This document shows, in pieces, positions 29,438 to 39,829 of a DNA stretch of 64,000 nucleotides. Below the pieces are notes generated by a model that worked only from the letters and a program-made list of their open reading frames with translations, made no database searches and was not told the DNA's origin. A program made the translations under genes and the position numbers. The stretch lies in NCBI GenBank assembly GCA_963827655.1, contig CAWHCF010000052.1, positions 1-64,000 of the forward strand, read 5' to 3'. This stretch comes from an uncultured Acidobacteriota bacterium (GTDB taxonomy: Bacteria; Acidobacteriota; UBA6911). Every line of letters starts with the position of its first letter. Positions within the stretch are counted from its first letter, which is position 1.

Positions 29438-29993
29438 GCCAGCCAGGCAGGGCCCCGCTCTTGCGAGCCTCCGTGTCCAGTTCGCGCAATCGCGTTTGAG
29501 CGCGGGCAAGGTTCTCTTTGTTGACATCCTGCTCGTAGATAGTCTTCTGTATCTCACGCTGCATCTGTTGCTGCTTGAATCCGTCGGATTCGGCATAGAA
29601 CCGTGTTTGCAGGCCGGCTAGCTTCAACGTCAATACGTTAGCTTCATTCTCCAGGTCTTCCACCCTCTGGCGCGCGTCGCTCATAGTCTGCCGCCAGAAA
29701 CTCTCCGGACGTCCCAGGAGGTCGGTGAGCTTATCGTGCGCAGCCCGGCCGGATGCGGCCCTCGTCGGTCCCGGTTTTTCATCCACAGGCATTGAAGCGC
29801 CTGGAGGAGAAGATGCCGTCGTGATGGGCCCGCCCTTATACCTTGGGGCATCGGTGTTGGTTATAGGCTTGGATTCGTTCTTGATCTTCTCGCGCCGCTC
29901 TCTTTCTTTTCGTGCCAGGTCTCCAAGTGATTGAGGGAATCCGATCGAAGAGAGAATAAGAACGCTGGCCGTAACGGCAATCGTGAGTCTCAT
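29418..29993 (-). CDS. Secreted coiled-coil hypothetical protein
   Basis: Signal peptide, QSLGDLARKER...ITNTD, ARKSGALPGWL. Confidence 0.75.
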   Translation of the reverse strand: MRLTIAVTASVLILSSIGFPQSLGDLARKERERREKIKNESKPITNTDAPRYKGGPITTASSPPGASMPVDEKPGPTRAASGRAAHDKLTDLLGRPESFWRQTMSDARQRVEDLENEANVLTLKLAGLQTRFYAESDGFKQQQMQREIQKTIYEQDVNKENLARAQTRLRELDTEARKSGALPGWLTARNP

Positions 29994-30273
29994 GAGGGCC
30001 CCCCGTCGATAGACTCGCCTTCCGGCGTCCTTGGGCGCGCGGCTGCACTGTCGCCGCAGCCTGAGAGTTTGTCCAATTTTGCGGGGAAAACCGGGTCTCA
30101 CAACCGAGGAGCGCCCGAAATGCTCCGGCACAGTCGGAGTTCCGGTTCTTCACGACCTAGGACTCGGGCTCTTCCAGGCCCATCGCCATCACGGGCGGGC
30201 TATTCACTGCCGGGCTTCGGCCCTGGTTAACGGGCACCCGGGCTTCTGTGCCTGCGAAATGTCCAAACTCCGG

Positions 30274-30348
30274 GCGGCAGGCAGCTGCCGCAACACAAGG
30301 CGTCAAGCAAGCTTGCGCACTCCAAAAAAACGGGCTCTTGGAGTTCGG
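30274..30348. repeat. REP-like palindrome cluster
   Basis: GCGGCAG-N4-CTGCCGC, CAAGC-AA-GCTTG-CGCACTCCAAA, inverted TTGGAGT. Confidence 0.55.
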
Positions 30349-30355
30349 TGCGTTG

Positions 30356-31003
30356 TTACCGGCGCGCCAGTTGTACATCGCTCGCCAGCTGCAGGCTAAA
30401 AATCTCGCGGGTCTGAGGGTTTGCCAGCGTTGTCGCACCGGTAATGTCGATTCTGATCCTTCGGACTTCGGCACCCACGGTGGTGGCTGCACCCGCAGAG
30501 TCATAGTAGTGCATTGAAAAGGCCGAAACATAGTTCGCGACCGCTTGAGCGCTTCCAGGATGGGAAATTACCTCGAGGCTGCGCGCGCTGCCGTCATAAC
30601 GGATCGTTACATCCTCGCCGGAATCTGACGTGTCGCCATCCGGATCTCCTTTATCCGCGCCGGCGGAACCGGTTAGATCCGAGCGCAAGCGAATCTCCGA
30701 AGAACTCACAATGGTGAGTCCTGCCATTCCCGTGCCGACCGGATCATTCCCCGCCTGGCGAATGAAGCGTTCCACGGTTTCAAGCGCCATACGCGTGTTT
30801 TCCAGCACGCCCTGAACTTCGCTTTGGTAGCTGGCCGAACGCTGCGTTTCCGCGAGCACATTGAAAATTGAGGCGCAGATAACGAGGAAAATGACCGAAG
30901 AAATGACGAATTCCACCAGGCTGAATCCGGAGTCGTCCTCATGAGAAATTCGATGGACCCTGGGCATCGATGCTCCGGTGAATTTCAACTGTTCTCTTGT
31001 CAC
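30356..31003 (-). CDS. PilW-like minor type IV pilin
   Basis: Prepilin motif GFSLVEFVIS, IRQAG. Confidence 0.88.
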   Translation of the reverse strand: MTREQLKFTGASMPRVHRISHEDDSGFSLVEFVISSVIFLVICASIFNVLAETQRSASYQSEVQGVLENTRMALETVERFIRQAGNDPVGTGMAGLTIVSSSEIRLRSDLTGSAGADKGDPDGDTSDSGEDVTIRYDGSARSLEVISHPGSAQAVANYVSAFSMHYYDSAGAATTVGAEVRRIRIDITGATTLANPQTREIFSLQLASDVQLARR

Positions 31004-31478
31004 CAGACTCTCGCGCTCAAGATGGTAGTGAGGTTGACTACTTTGTTCAGCGAGGCCTTGCTGTTGGCCCTGGCGCCGGAACCGACGGGCGTAACGGTGA
31101 CCGTGACCTGCCGGGCCTTGAGTATTTTCCCCGCCCGCGGGTCTGGCACCATCGCCACTTTCCAGGCCACGCTGTAGCGGTTCAACGCGGAACGGCTGCT
31201 TGGATTTGTTACCTCGACTTGCTCAGGCCCGTGGGCCCCGTCGGTGAGGTCTGGAGCGCCGGGATTCTGACGATAGAGGTCGGCAAGGAAGTCCAGTTTG
31301 CTTTGAGCTACGAGGGCGGCGCTTGCTTTGGAACGAGCCAGAGAAGTTGAACTCATCGCAACATAGATCAACTGGCCCGTGCCCAGCAGACCGAACGTCA
31401 ACACCAGCATCGCGATCAAGGTTTCGGGCAGGGTGAAACCTTTTTCGGCAACGTATCGATTGTCAGGGAAAAAACCAT
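31000..31478 (-). CDS. PilV-like minor type IV pilin (start uncertain)
   Basis: GFTLPETLIAMLVL; nearby ATG is out of frame across a T-run. Confidence 0.85.
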
Positions 31479-31602
31479 AGTCAGCGCGAGGACACGACGA
31501 CACGAAGAAACCCAACCCCTGAAGGCCTTCGCCTTTCAAGGGGTTGAGCCCTGTGCTATCCTGCGGTCTGCTCAACGTAAACTCGTCCTTCGAGATAAGC
31601 CT

Positions 31603-32664
31603 GTGGACATCGTAGAAGCCATTCGCCGAGTTGTAGACGGGCAACACCTCAACCGGGCCGAGTCGCAAGCCGTGATGGAAAACATCATGAGCGGCAACGC
31701 GACCGATGCTCAAATCGCGGCTTTCCTCACCGGTCTCCGAATGAAAGGGGAGACCGTCGATGAGTTGATCGGATTCGCCCGCGTGATCCGCATCAAAGCA
31801 TCTCCGGTCCGTCCGCAGTCCAGTGTCGTCGCGGCCCTCTCCGGCACCGAGCGCGAGATGCTGGTCGACACCTGCGGCACGGGAGGGGATGCCTCAGGAA
31901 CCTTCAATATTTCCACCGCAACCGCGTTCGTGGTCGCGGGCGCCGGCGTCCGGGTGGCCAAACATGGAAATCGCAGCGTCTCGAGTATCTGTGGCAGCGC
32001 CGATGTGGTGGAGGCCCTCGGCATTCGAATCGACCTGACTCCAGAATCCGTCGCTCGTTGCATTGACGAGGTCGGAATCGGCTTTCTTTACGCGCCCCTG
32101 CTGCACAGCGCGATGCGCTACGTTATGCTGGCGCGCCGGGAGATGAAAATACGGACCATTTTCAACCTGCTGGGTCCCCTCTGCAATCCTGCGTGCGCGA
32201 CGGCGCAGGTTCTTGGCGTCTATCACGAGAAACTTACCGAAATGCTCGCGCAAGTGCTACTCGAACTGGGTACCCGCCGCGCCTTTGTCGTCCATGGTTC
32301 GGATGGCCTCGACGAGATTACAATTACCGGCGAATCCAAGCTCTCCGAAGTCCGCGATGGTGACGTGCGGACTTACTATGTGGCGCCCGAAGATTTCGGT
32401 TTACCCCGGGCGTCGATGCACGATATTCAGGGAGGCGACGCGCGGCGCAACGCCGAAATCATTCGAGAGATCCTTTCCGGAACCGAAAACGCCAGAAGCA
32501 ATATCGTACTCTTGAACGCAGCCGCGGCCCTGGCCGCCGGAGGAAAAGCAAAATCGCTGCGCGAAGGAATCGACCAGGCGCGAACCTCCATTCATTCAGG
32601 TCATGCGCTCTCGCGTCTCGATCAACTCATTGACTTTTCGCAGAAGATTGAAGCCCACCGCTAA
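31603..32664 (+). CDS. trpD: Anthranilate phosphoribosyltransferase
   Basis: DTCGTGGD, TFNIST, KHGNR, GSADV, RTIFNLLGPL, GLDE. Confidence 0.98.
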   Translation: MDIVEAIRRVVDGQHLNRAESQAVMENIMSGNATDAQIAAFLTGLRMKGETVDELIGFARVIRIKASPVRPQSSVVAALSGTEREMLVDTCGTGGDASGTFNISTATAFVVAGAGVRVAKHGNRSVSSICGSADVVEALGIRIDLTPESVARCIDEVGIGFLYAPLLHSAMRYVMLARREMKIRTIFNLLGPLCNPACATAQVLGVYHEKLTEMLAQVLLELGTRRAFVVHGSDGLDEITITGESKLSEVRDGDVRTYYVAPEDFGLPRASMHDIQGGDARRNAEIIREILSGTENARSNIVLLNAAAALAAGGKAKSLREGIDQARTSIHSGHALSRLDQLIDFSQKIEAHR

Positions 32665-32683
32665 GACGCAAAGACAGCTCCGC

Positions 32684-33148
32684 TCAGTTCCGCTCGACCC
32701 TGATGCGACCCGCCGGATTCACCACCACTCGATAAAAGCCGGCCTCGCCTTGTAACACAAAGGTTCCGGCGGGGGCAGCATTGCCCCGGGGAAAGAAACG
32801 AAGCGACCGGCCTGGCGAGCCGACAATGCGAACGCGCCCCGGAAAGTACCGAACCGTACTCAGGTATTGCTCGCCATTGCCGGGATCCGCCCAATAGAAA
32901 CACCGGCCTTCCTGATCGATCTCAAAAACCAGCGAGGAGTTTGTCGCGACTGCATGCATCCTCCCCCACTGCAAGGATCGCTCCAGGAGCCGTGCGGCTC
33001 CCCAAAGAGTCCATTCACGGTGAAGCCGGTCGAGGCTCGGGACTGCGGCCGCCAGCAAAATGCAAGCCCCGGTCAGGACAATCGCCAGCTCGACGAGCGT
33101 AATTCCGTCGATGGTAGATTTCGGATTGTGGATTGCCGATCGAAACAC
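32684..33148 (-). CDS. FimT/GspH-like pseudopilin
   Basis: GITLVELAIV, FFPRG..GT..VNPAGRIR. Confidence 0.85.
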   Translation of the reverse strand: MFRSAIHNPKSTIDGITLVELAIVLTGACILLAAAVPSLDRLHREWTLWGAARLLERSLQWGRMHAVATNSSLVFEIDQEGRCFYWADPGNGEQYLSTVRYFPGRVRIVGSPGRSLRFFPRGNAAPAGTFVLQGEAGFYRVVVNPAGRIRVERN

Positions 33149-33313
33149 GGGGCTCGATTTATCTCTGAAAGAACGTCCGGCCTCGCCGGGCTAATGCTGA
33201 AACTTGCCTGTCGCTCGCCCCGATCTCAGCCGAGGCGAACAACACTTCTAACGATCGTCAGCGATTTTGAGCGAAAAAAAATACTGCCCCAGAGCAGAAG
33301 CGCGAAGAAAAGG

Positions 33314-34159
33314 CTAGAATCGTTCTAATAGACGCGCGTGGTACCACCGAACGAAAGAGAGGCCAAAAAAAAGCGAGAAGGCGGCGCCGCCGCCAAGAAG
33401 GGTGCCGAAGGCAAGCTTGGTTTGAAGCGTTCTACCCTTAAAAATAATCAGGAAGATTCCCAGAATGCTCCCCAACAGAGAACCGACAAAAATCGTAAGC
33501 AACGCCATGCGCCAGCCGAGGAAAGCTCCAACCATCGCCATCATCTTTACGTCGCCCAGTCCGAGCCCCGGTTTCTTGCGTACCATTTGGTAGACATAGC
33601 CCGTGATCCAGAGGATTCCGCCTCCCACCAGGGCGCCGAGGAGCGAGCCCGCCCACGGCAACAGAGTCTCAGGATCGACGCCCGGCAATGAAGCAGCGAT
33701 CCCGTACGAGACGGGGTCTTGAAACAGTGCTTCGGACTGAAACGGGCTCAGAAACACTCCGGCCACGATTCCGGGCTTGGTGACCTTATCTGGAAGCACT
33801 TGATGGTCGTAGTCGACAAACACGAGAACGATGAGAAGCGACAGGAACAGAGAGTTTACCAACGTCGGCGGAGTGAATCCCCACACTTCGAGGCAACCCC
33901 AAAAAGCCAGTCCGGTCAGAACCTCAACCAGCGGATAGCGGAACGAGATTGCCGATTTGCAGAAGCGGCACTTCCCTCTGAGAACCAAATAGCTCACGAG
34001 AGGGATATTGTCGTACGGGAGGACGGGTTTCTTGCAGTGGGGACATCGAGATCCCGGCGTGACGATCGATTCTCCCCCTGGGATGCGGTGAATGCAAAGG
34101 TTGAGGAAACTCCCCACGGCGAGGCCCAGGAGAGTGTAGAAGAAGGCAAAGGGGGACAT
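33314..34159 (-). CDS. pilD: Prepilin peptidase/N-methyltransferase
   Basis: GSFLN, SRCPHC, DNIP, KCRFC, YPLVE, GLGDVK. Confidence 0.96.
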   Translation of the reverse strand: MSPFAFFYTLLGLAVGSFLNLCIHRIPGGESIVTPGSRCPHCKKPVLPYDNIPLVSYLVLRGKCRFCKSAISFRYPLVEVLTGLAFWGCLEVWGFTPPTLVNSLFLSLLIVLVFVDYDHQVLPDKVTKPGIVAGVFLSPFQSEALFQDPVSYGIAASLPGVDPETLLPWAGSLLGALVGGGILWITGYVYQMVRKKPGLGLGDVKMMAMVGAFLGWRMALLTIFVGSLLGSILGIFLIIFKGRTLQTKLAFGTLLGGGAAFSLFFGLSFVRWYHARLLERF

Positions 34160-34170
34160 CCGGGTTTTTC

Positions 34171-34219
34171 TTGCGTCTTCGCGGCATGGCCGTCAACCGC
34201 CAGGACCGCGAAGACGCAA
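34171..34219. repeat. 14-bp inverted repeat of the AAGACGCAAAG dispersed family
   Basis: TTGCGTCTTCGCGG / CCGCGAAGACGCAA. Confidence 0.75.
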
Positions 34220-34240
34220 AGATTCGCCAAGGATTTCCGC

Positions 34241-35995
34241 CTACTTCAGTACCGGAACCTGTTCCGAACTCGTCTTGGCGATCTCGAAATCGTTGAATTC
34301 AAGCAGGGTGTACATTGCCTTCTGGAGGTCAATCACCGACTTCTTGTAGGCAATGAGGGTCTGCAGCTCTACACCCTGAGCTACGGACAGCTGTCTCTGG
34401 CGGTCCAGCACTCGGAAGTTCTCACTCAGACCAGCCTGAAAACGCTTGGTCTCACCGTCAAGTTGCTGCTCGGCGAAATCGCGCGCGACCTTGGCGGTCT
34501 CGACCCGCTTCTCGTTCGTTTCTATCGACTGGATCGCATTCCGCACGTCGACAATAACCTTCTGCTCAATCCCCTTCCGATTCATCAACATCTGCCGCTT
34601 TTCAATTTTTGACTGAGCCAGCGACGATTCGACTTCCCGGTTCTTCAGAGGAATCTGAACCTTGAATCCAACCGCCCAGTTCATGAACCCACCGGTAAAG
34701 AGCAGCCCGTAAGCGTTTACCGGGCCGCCTATGAAAATGGGATCGATCGTCGCTCTTCCCCTGGTGGATCGGGGAAACGCAGTTGGGCGGTACCGGCAAT
34801 GATCCGTTCGGGCTCGCACCGGGCAAGCCAAGCTTTGAGGACCTGCTACGCCGACAGTTCCAAAAGAACCCACCAGATCGAACATCCATTTCTTCTGGTC
34901 CACATCCAGGTGGTAACTGACCTCATTCTTCTCCAGTTGGGTGGCAAGCTGTTCGAGTTCCGGACGATTCTGCATCGCCGTATCTATAGCTTGATCGAGT
35001 GGAACCTTCGTTTCCTTGAACTCCGGCGATTCGGTCGGAACAATCGTCTGGTGCCATATGTCGGCGTGACGGTCGTTCGAGATCAGGGCGCGCAGGCCGT
35101 TCTGAACCGTAAAGATTCTTTCCTCGGAAGCAATCATCTCCTGTTCGCGGCTGGCGACTTCGGCCCGCGCCTCCGTTATCCCGATGGGAGCGAGAGTGCC
35201 GATCTCGACTTTCTTCTTGTTGTTGTCCAGCTGAATCTGCGCAAGTTTCACCGACTCGCGTTTGATCTCGTAGTCGCGAATGGCGGCAACCAGGTCCCAG
35301 TAAAGGCCCTGGATCTGTGCGACAGTGTCGGTGACCTTCTGCTTGAACTGGCTGTCGTTAATCTTCAGGTCCAGGTTGACCAGCTTGATGTTGGAGCGGA
35401 TCTCGTCGGTGCGTCGATTCCTCCAAAGCGGTTGAGTCGACCGAATCGTGAGGGCGCATTGTACTGCGGGTTAAACAGGGCGAACGCCTGGTTTGTATTG
35501 AGCCCGTCCGGAATTCCAATCTACCTGGAAGCCTCCCCCGGTAGGGATGTTCTGCAGAAACGAGAAATTCCAGTAAAACCGATCGAACTGGTTGAAGTTC
35601 GAACCCGCCGCAGCGTGTTGTCCAACCTGGTATTGGGAGACTGGCTCGACGTTAACGCCGAAACCCACATTCAATGCCGGGTCGTATCGTCCATGAGACC
35701 CGATTACCTTCTGTCGGTACATCTCCTCATTCGTATCCGATATCGCTATATCCAGATTATTCTGAAGGGCAAGTTTCGTCAGGTCCCTGAGTGAAAGGCG
35801 AAGGGCGGTTCCTTTCTTTTCGGCCTGCTCGATCGGACTCAGGGGCACGCTTTGCTCCTGAGCCGGTTCCTGGGTCGCCGGCCGAGCGGGTTCCTGAGCC
35901 ACCGCCGGCAGCGAAGCCGAAAAGAACAGGCACAGAATCAACATCGCCGCTGTTTGGGACACAGCGTGACGCCCATAAGGGGAACGATTCGTCAT
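34241..35995 (-). CDS. TolC-family outer membrane protein, several frameshifts
   Basis: Signal peptide, ALQNNLDI, AMQNRPEL, ETKRFQAGLS spread over several frames. Confidence 0.88.
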
Positions 35996-36310
35996 AAAAA
36001 ACTCCTTGCAAAAACCTAGGGTAATTCGTTTTAGCGCGCCAAATGAGGTCAAGACACAATACGACGCCGGTACTTCAAATGTTTCATAAACAACGAGCAG
36101 ATTTTTCGATCTCGAATTGCGGGGTTGCGAACCTGAAATCCCAAAGCGAGTGGGCTGCCAAACACACCGAAGCCAACAGCAATCTATTTTCTGGAACTCA
36201 ACAGAAGAACGCGAACCAATCGCGAACGACCGACCAGCTACTCCCGAATCTGGATCGGTTGAACCGGCGCGGACGCGTTCGCCCGATCCAGAATCCGCAA
36301 TACGAAATCG

Positions 36311-37381
36311 TCAAGGCTGCGACGGAGGAGCAGGATCGCCAGGGCGCTTCAGCGTAGGCCGGCTCTTTTTAGGATCGGGACCTTCTCCACCATCATCGGG
36401 TTCAGCTGGATCGGTTGGGCTCCCATCAGTATTGGTACGCCGCTTCAGGGTAGGTTTCTTCTGATCAACAGCCGTGCTTGCGACTCCCTCGCCCTTCTGA
36501 GCATTGTCGATGGCCAGCAGCCGCGCCTTCACTCGATCGAATTCGGACGTGTTCATGACATAGTTGTCCTTCTCGGGAAGGAAGCGCTGCTCATCCATGG
36601 CAAAAGCGATGCGATCGAGCGTGTACGGATGCGTTCTAAAAAAGCCTGCCATCCTGCCGGGCTTGCTCTTCTCCTGCTCTTGAAGTTTCTCGAAGAACGA
36701 GATGAATGCATTGGGATCGTAGTCCGAATTCCAGAGGTACTGAATGCCGAGCTGATCGGCCTCTCTCTCCGATTCGCGCGTAATACCGAGCAGTTCCAGA
36801 TTGATGCCCAGTCCGAGCGCGTTCTGCATCGCGACCTGCGTCCAGTATCCGCCGATGAAAAGGGCCGGGATCGCAGCGATCTGAAGAATCTGCGCCTTCG
36901 ACATACGCTCCGTGGCGTGTCTCGCGGCAACATGCGAAATCTCATGGGCCATGACGCCTGCCAGCTCCGCCTCGTTCTCGGCTGCCAGGATCAGTCCCTT
37001 GTTCACGTAGAAGTAGCCGCCGGGAAAGGCGAAGGCATTGACCTCGTCCGTGTCGACAACCTTGATGTGAAACGGAACCTTCGCGTCTGAGTGTTTGACG
37101 ATGTTCTGTCCAACTCGATCGATGTATTCCGAGATCACGGGGTCCTCAACCAGCCGCGCGGTCTGTTCGAACTGGGCGGCTACCTGAGCTCCGAGAGCAA
37201 TCTCTTTCTCGAGCGACACAAAGTTGGGGAATATGGCCCAGACCTTACCCGTGATACTGCGGTTGCCAATGTTTTCCACATCTGAGTGCCGTCGGTCGGC
37301 GGCATAGGTTGGGAAAGCAGTAACCACGACCATCAAGGCCGCGAGCCCCTTCACAACTGCTCTTTTACCCACCAGCTTCAT
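36311..37381 (-). CDS. M48 family metalloprotease
   Basis: VNAFAFPGG, HEISH, EREADQLG, FRTHP. Confidence 0.93.
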   Translation of the reverse strand: MKLVGKRAVVKGLAALMVVVTAFPTYAADRRHSDVENIGNRSITGKVWAIFPNFVSLEKEIALGAQVAAQFEQTARLVEDPVISEYIDRVGQNIVKHSDAKVPFHIKVVDTDEVNAFAFPGGYFYVNKGLILAAENEAELAGVMAHEISHVAARHATERMSKAQILQIAAIPALFIGGYWTQVAMQNALGLGINLELLGITRESEREADQLGIQYLWNSDYDPNAFISFFEKLQEQEKSKPGRMAGFFRTHPYTLDRIAFAMDEQRFLPEKDNYVMNTSEFDRVKARLLAIDNAQKGEGVASTAVDQKKPTLKRRTNTDGSPTDPAEPDDGGEGPDPKKSRPTLKRPGDPAPPSQP

Positions 37382-37518
37382 AGAACCTCCAACCAGGAGA
37401 GTTGTTTTGCCGCCCGATGCCCGCTAATCTCAGTAAGCGAACAGTTTCGAAATCCACCGATTCAAAGGCCTTAGATGCCTCGACACGGAGAAAGTCTCAT
37501 TGCAATATTAGGCCCGTC

Positions 37519-37686
37519 CCGGAATAGTGTCAACTAATAGAACTGTTTATCTTGGGTTTTTGGGTTGTGATTGTCCAGGGTCATACAATCCGCCGGAATA
37601 ATAACGATAGAACTGTTACTTTGGGTTCTGGGTTCCGATTGTCCATGGTCACTCAATCCGCAATCTGCAATCCGCAATCCGCAATC
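37519..37686. repeat. Imperfect ~70-bp tandem duplication followed by AATCCGC heptamers
   Basis: CCGGAATA..ATAGAACTGTT..TTGGGTT..GATTGTCCA.GGTCA..CAATCCGC occurs twice; four heptamers at 37655-37686. Confidence 0.75.
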
Positions 37687-37697
37687 GAAAGGTTCTC

Positions 37698-39287
37698 ATG
37701 AAGATTCTGACGGCACAGCAGATGGGCGAGGTGGACCGGCGCAGCTGGGAACTTTACCGCATCCCTACGCTACTCCTGATGGAGAACGCGGGGCGCGCGG
37801 TAGCCGATGAACTTGAAAAGGCGCTGTCCAGACTGCCCGGCAAATCGGTCTATGTCTTCTGCGGCAAGGGAAATAATGGCGGCGACGGCCTGGTGGCAGC
37901 GCGATACCTGGCGCTGAGAGGTGGCCGTCCGGAGGTATTCATGTTCTGCGACCCCGCCAACCTGAAAGGGGACGCCCTGGCAAACTGGGAGATGGTCCGC
38001 TCCCTCGACCTCAAGACCGTAATTCTCCCAAGGGCCACGGATGTCTCGGCACAGCTCAAGAAGCTGAAATCTCCGGACGTGATCATCGACGCGCTCTTTG
38101 GCACGGGTCTCTCGAAGCCGATCGGCGCGGACTACCGGCGCCTGATCGACTGGGTGAACAAATCGGAGCCTGTATCCTTTATCGTCTCCGTCGACATACC
38201 GTCCGGGCTTTTTTCCGATTCCTCTGCGGTTCCGGGGCCCGCGGTCAAAGCGCATCTCACCGTCACTTTCACGGCGCTCAAGCCTGCTCTCCTCCTGCCG
38301 CCGGCTGCGGATCGCGCCGGAAGAGTCGTAGTCGCCCCGATCGGCTCCCCCTCCACGCTGCTGCAGAATCCCGAGTATCGAATGAATCTGATCGATGCGC
38401 ACCAGGCTCGAGGCGCGCTCCCTCCGCGCGCACGGGATAGCCACAAGGGAAGTTTTGGGCACGTGTTCGTGGTCGCGGGTTCGCGCGGAAAAAGCGGCGC
38501 TGCCCTGATGACCGGCCTTGCGGCATTACGCTCCGGAGCCGGGCTGGTCACCCTGTTTCTTCCCGGCAGCCTCCAGAAGGACGTAGTCGGGAAGGTTCCC
38601 GAACTCATGACGGAATCCATCCCGGAGACCCCGGAGGGAACGGCCCATGCGTCGGCGGCGGAGGTGCTTCTTAAACGGGCGGCGGAGGCGAACGTCCTGG
38701 CCGTCGGGCCTGGAATGACCACCAACCGTTCGACCCAGGAACTCATTCGTACCCTGGTTCAACAATCTCCGATTCCCGTGGTTCTTGACGCCGACGGTAT
38801 CAACGCCTTTGCGGGGAAACACGAGAACCTGCGTAACCGGAACGGACAGCCCGTAGTAATCACCCCTCACCCCGGTGAGATGGCGCGCCTTCTAAAAACG
38901 ACCATAGCGCGCGTGCAAGCCGATCGGATTGAAACCGCGCGAGCGTGTTCCCAAACATCCGGAGCATTTTCGATTCTGAAGGGGTTTCAGACCGTTGTGG
39001 CGACCCCGACGGGGCAGATATTTATTAACAACACGGGAAATCCCGGCATGGCTACCGCGGGAAGTGGCGACATTCTGGCCGGAATACTGGCGCGTTTCGT
39101 CGCCGGCTGGAGTCGCCGTTTCGGCGGCGCAGATTTGATGGCGCTGGCGGACCACGTTTCAGCCGCGGTTTACCTTCATGGAGTAGCCGGAGACCTGGCA
39201 GCGGAGCAGAAGGGAGTCGAGTCGATGATTGCGACGGATCTTCTTGCCCATCTTCCTGAGGCGTTCAAGAGGGTGGTTTCGGAATGA
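37698..39287 (+). CDS. nnr: Bifunctional NAD(P)H-hydrate epimerase/dehydratase
   Basis: LMENAG, GKGNNGGDG, DALFGTG, HKGSFG, LDADG, TPHPGE, GSGD. Confidence 0.96.
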   Translation: MKILTAQQMGEVDRRSWELYRIPTLLLMENAGRAVADELEKALSRLPGKSVYVFCGKGNNGGDGLVAARYLALRGGRPEVFMFCDPANLKGDALANWEMVRSLDLKTVILPRATDVSAQLKKLKSPDVIIDALFGTGLSKPIGADYRRLIDWVNKSEPVSFIVSVDIPSGLFSDSSAVPGPAVKAHLTVTFTALKPALLLPPAADRAGRVVVAPIGSPSTLLQNPEYRMNLIDAHQARGALPPRARDSHKGSFGHVFVVAGSRGKSGAALMTGLAALRSGAGLVTLFLPGSLQKDVVGKVPELMTESIPETPEGTAHASAAEVLLKRAAEANVLAVGPGMTTNRSTQELIRTLVQQSPIPVVLDADGINAFAGKHENLRNRNGQPVVITPHPGEMARLLKTTIARVQADRIETARACSQTSGAFSILKGFQTVVATPTGQIFINNTGNPGMATAGSGDILAGILARFVAGWSRRFGGADLMALADHVSAAVYLHGVAGDLAAEQKGVESMIATDLLAHLPEAFKRVVSE

Positions 39288-39829
39288 AGAGACAGCCAAG
39301 AAGGGCGGAGTCCGAATCACGCACCTCCCCCATTCTCATCAGCCGTTCTCCGGAGGAAACCCACAATCTTGGCTTTCAAATCGCTCAGGATTTGCCGGTT
39401 CCTGGTATAGTATTGCTCCGAGGTTCGCTGGGTACGGGAAAAACGACGCTGGCTCGCGGAATCGCCTGCGGTCTCGGTCTCGACGATCCGACGGCCGTCA
39501 GCAGCCCTTCCTTCACCCTGGTCAATACCTATCAGGGACGCTGCCCGATCTACCACGTGGATTTGTTTCGGGTACAAAGTGAGAGGGACCTCGAAACTGT
39601 TGGAATAAGCGAATTCCTGGGGGAAAGGGGCGTCACTATTGTTGAATGGGGCGAGCGCATAACGTTCCCTTTACGCAACGATGTGGTCATCGAGATCGAG
39701 GATGCCGGCGGGGATACCCGTCACCTCAGGATCCATAAGGCAGGTTCGGAAAGACGAAATAGAAAGAAATCGTCCCGGGATGCGTCCAAGAATCGTGCGC
39801 GTTCCAGGCACGGGAGGCGAACACTATGA
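39284..39829 (+). CDS. tsaE: t6A biosynthesis ATPase TsaE
   Basis: GSLGTGKT, VSSPSFTL, HVDLFR, VEWGE. Confidence 0.95.
   Translation: MKRQPRRAESESRTSPILISRSPEETHNLGFQIAQDLPVPGIVLLRGSLGTGKTTLARGIACGLGLDDPTAVSSPSFTLVNTYQGRCPIYHVDLFRVQSERDLETVGISEFLGERGVTIVEWGERITFPLRNDVVIEIEDAGGDTRHLRIHKAGSERRNRKKSSRDASKNRARSRHGRRTL

Noticed and set aside
31479-31713. Long N-terminal extension of the PilV-like ORF
   Set aside because: Overlaps trpD; a prepilin motif should lie near the N-terminus
33719-35794. Plus-strand ORFs of 297 and 331 aa
   Set aside because: Antisense to pilD and the TolC gene
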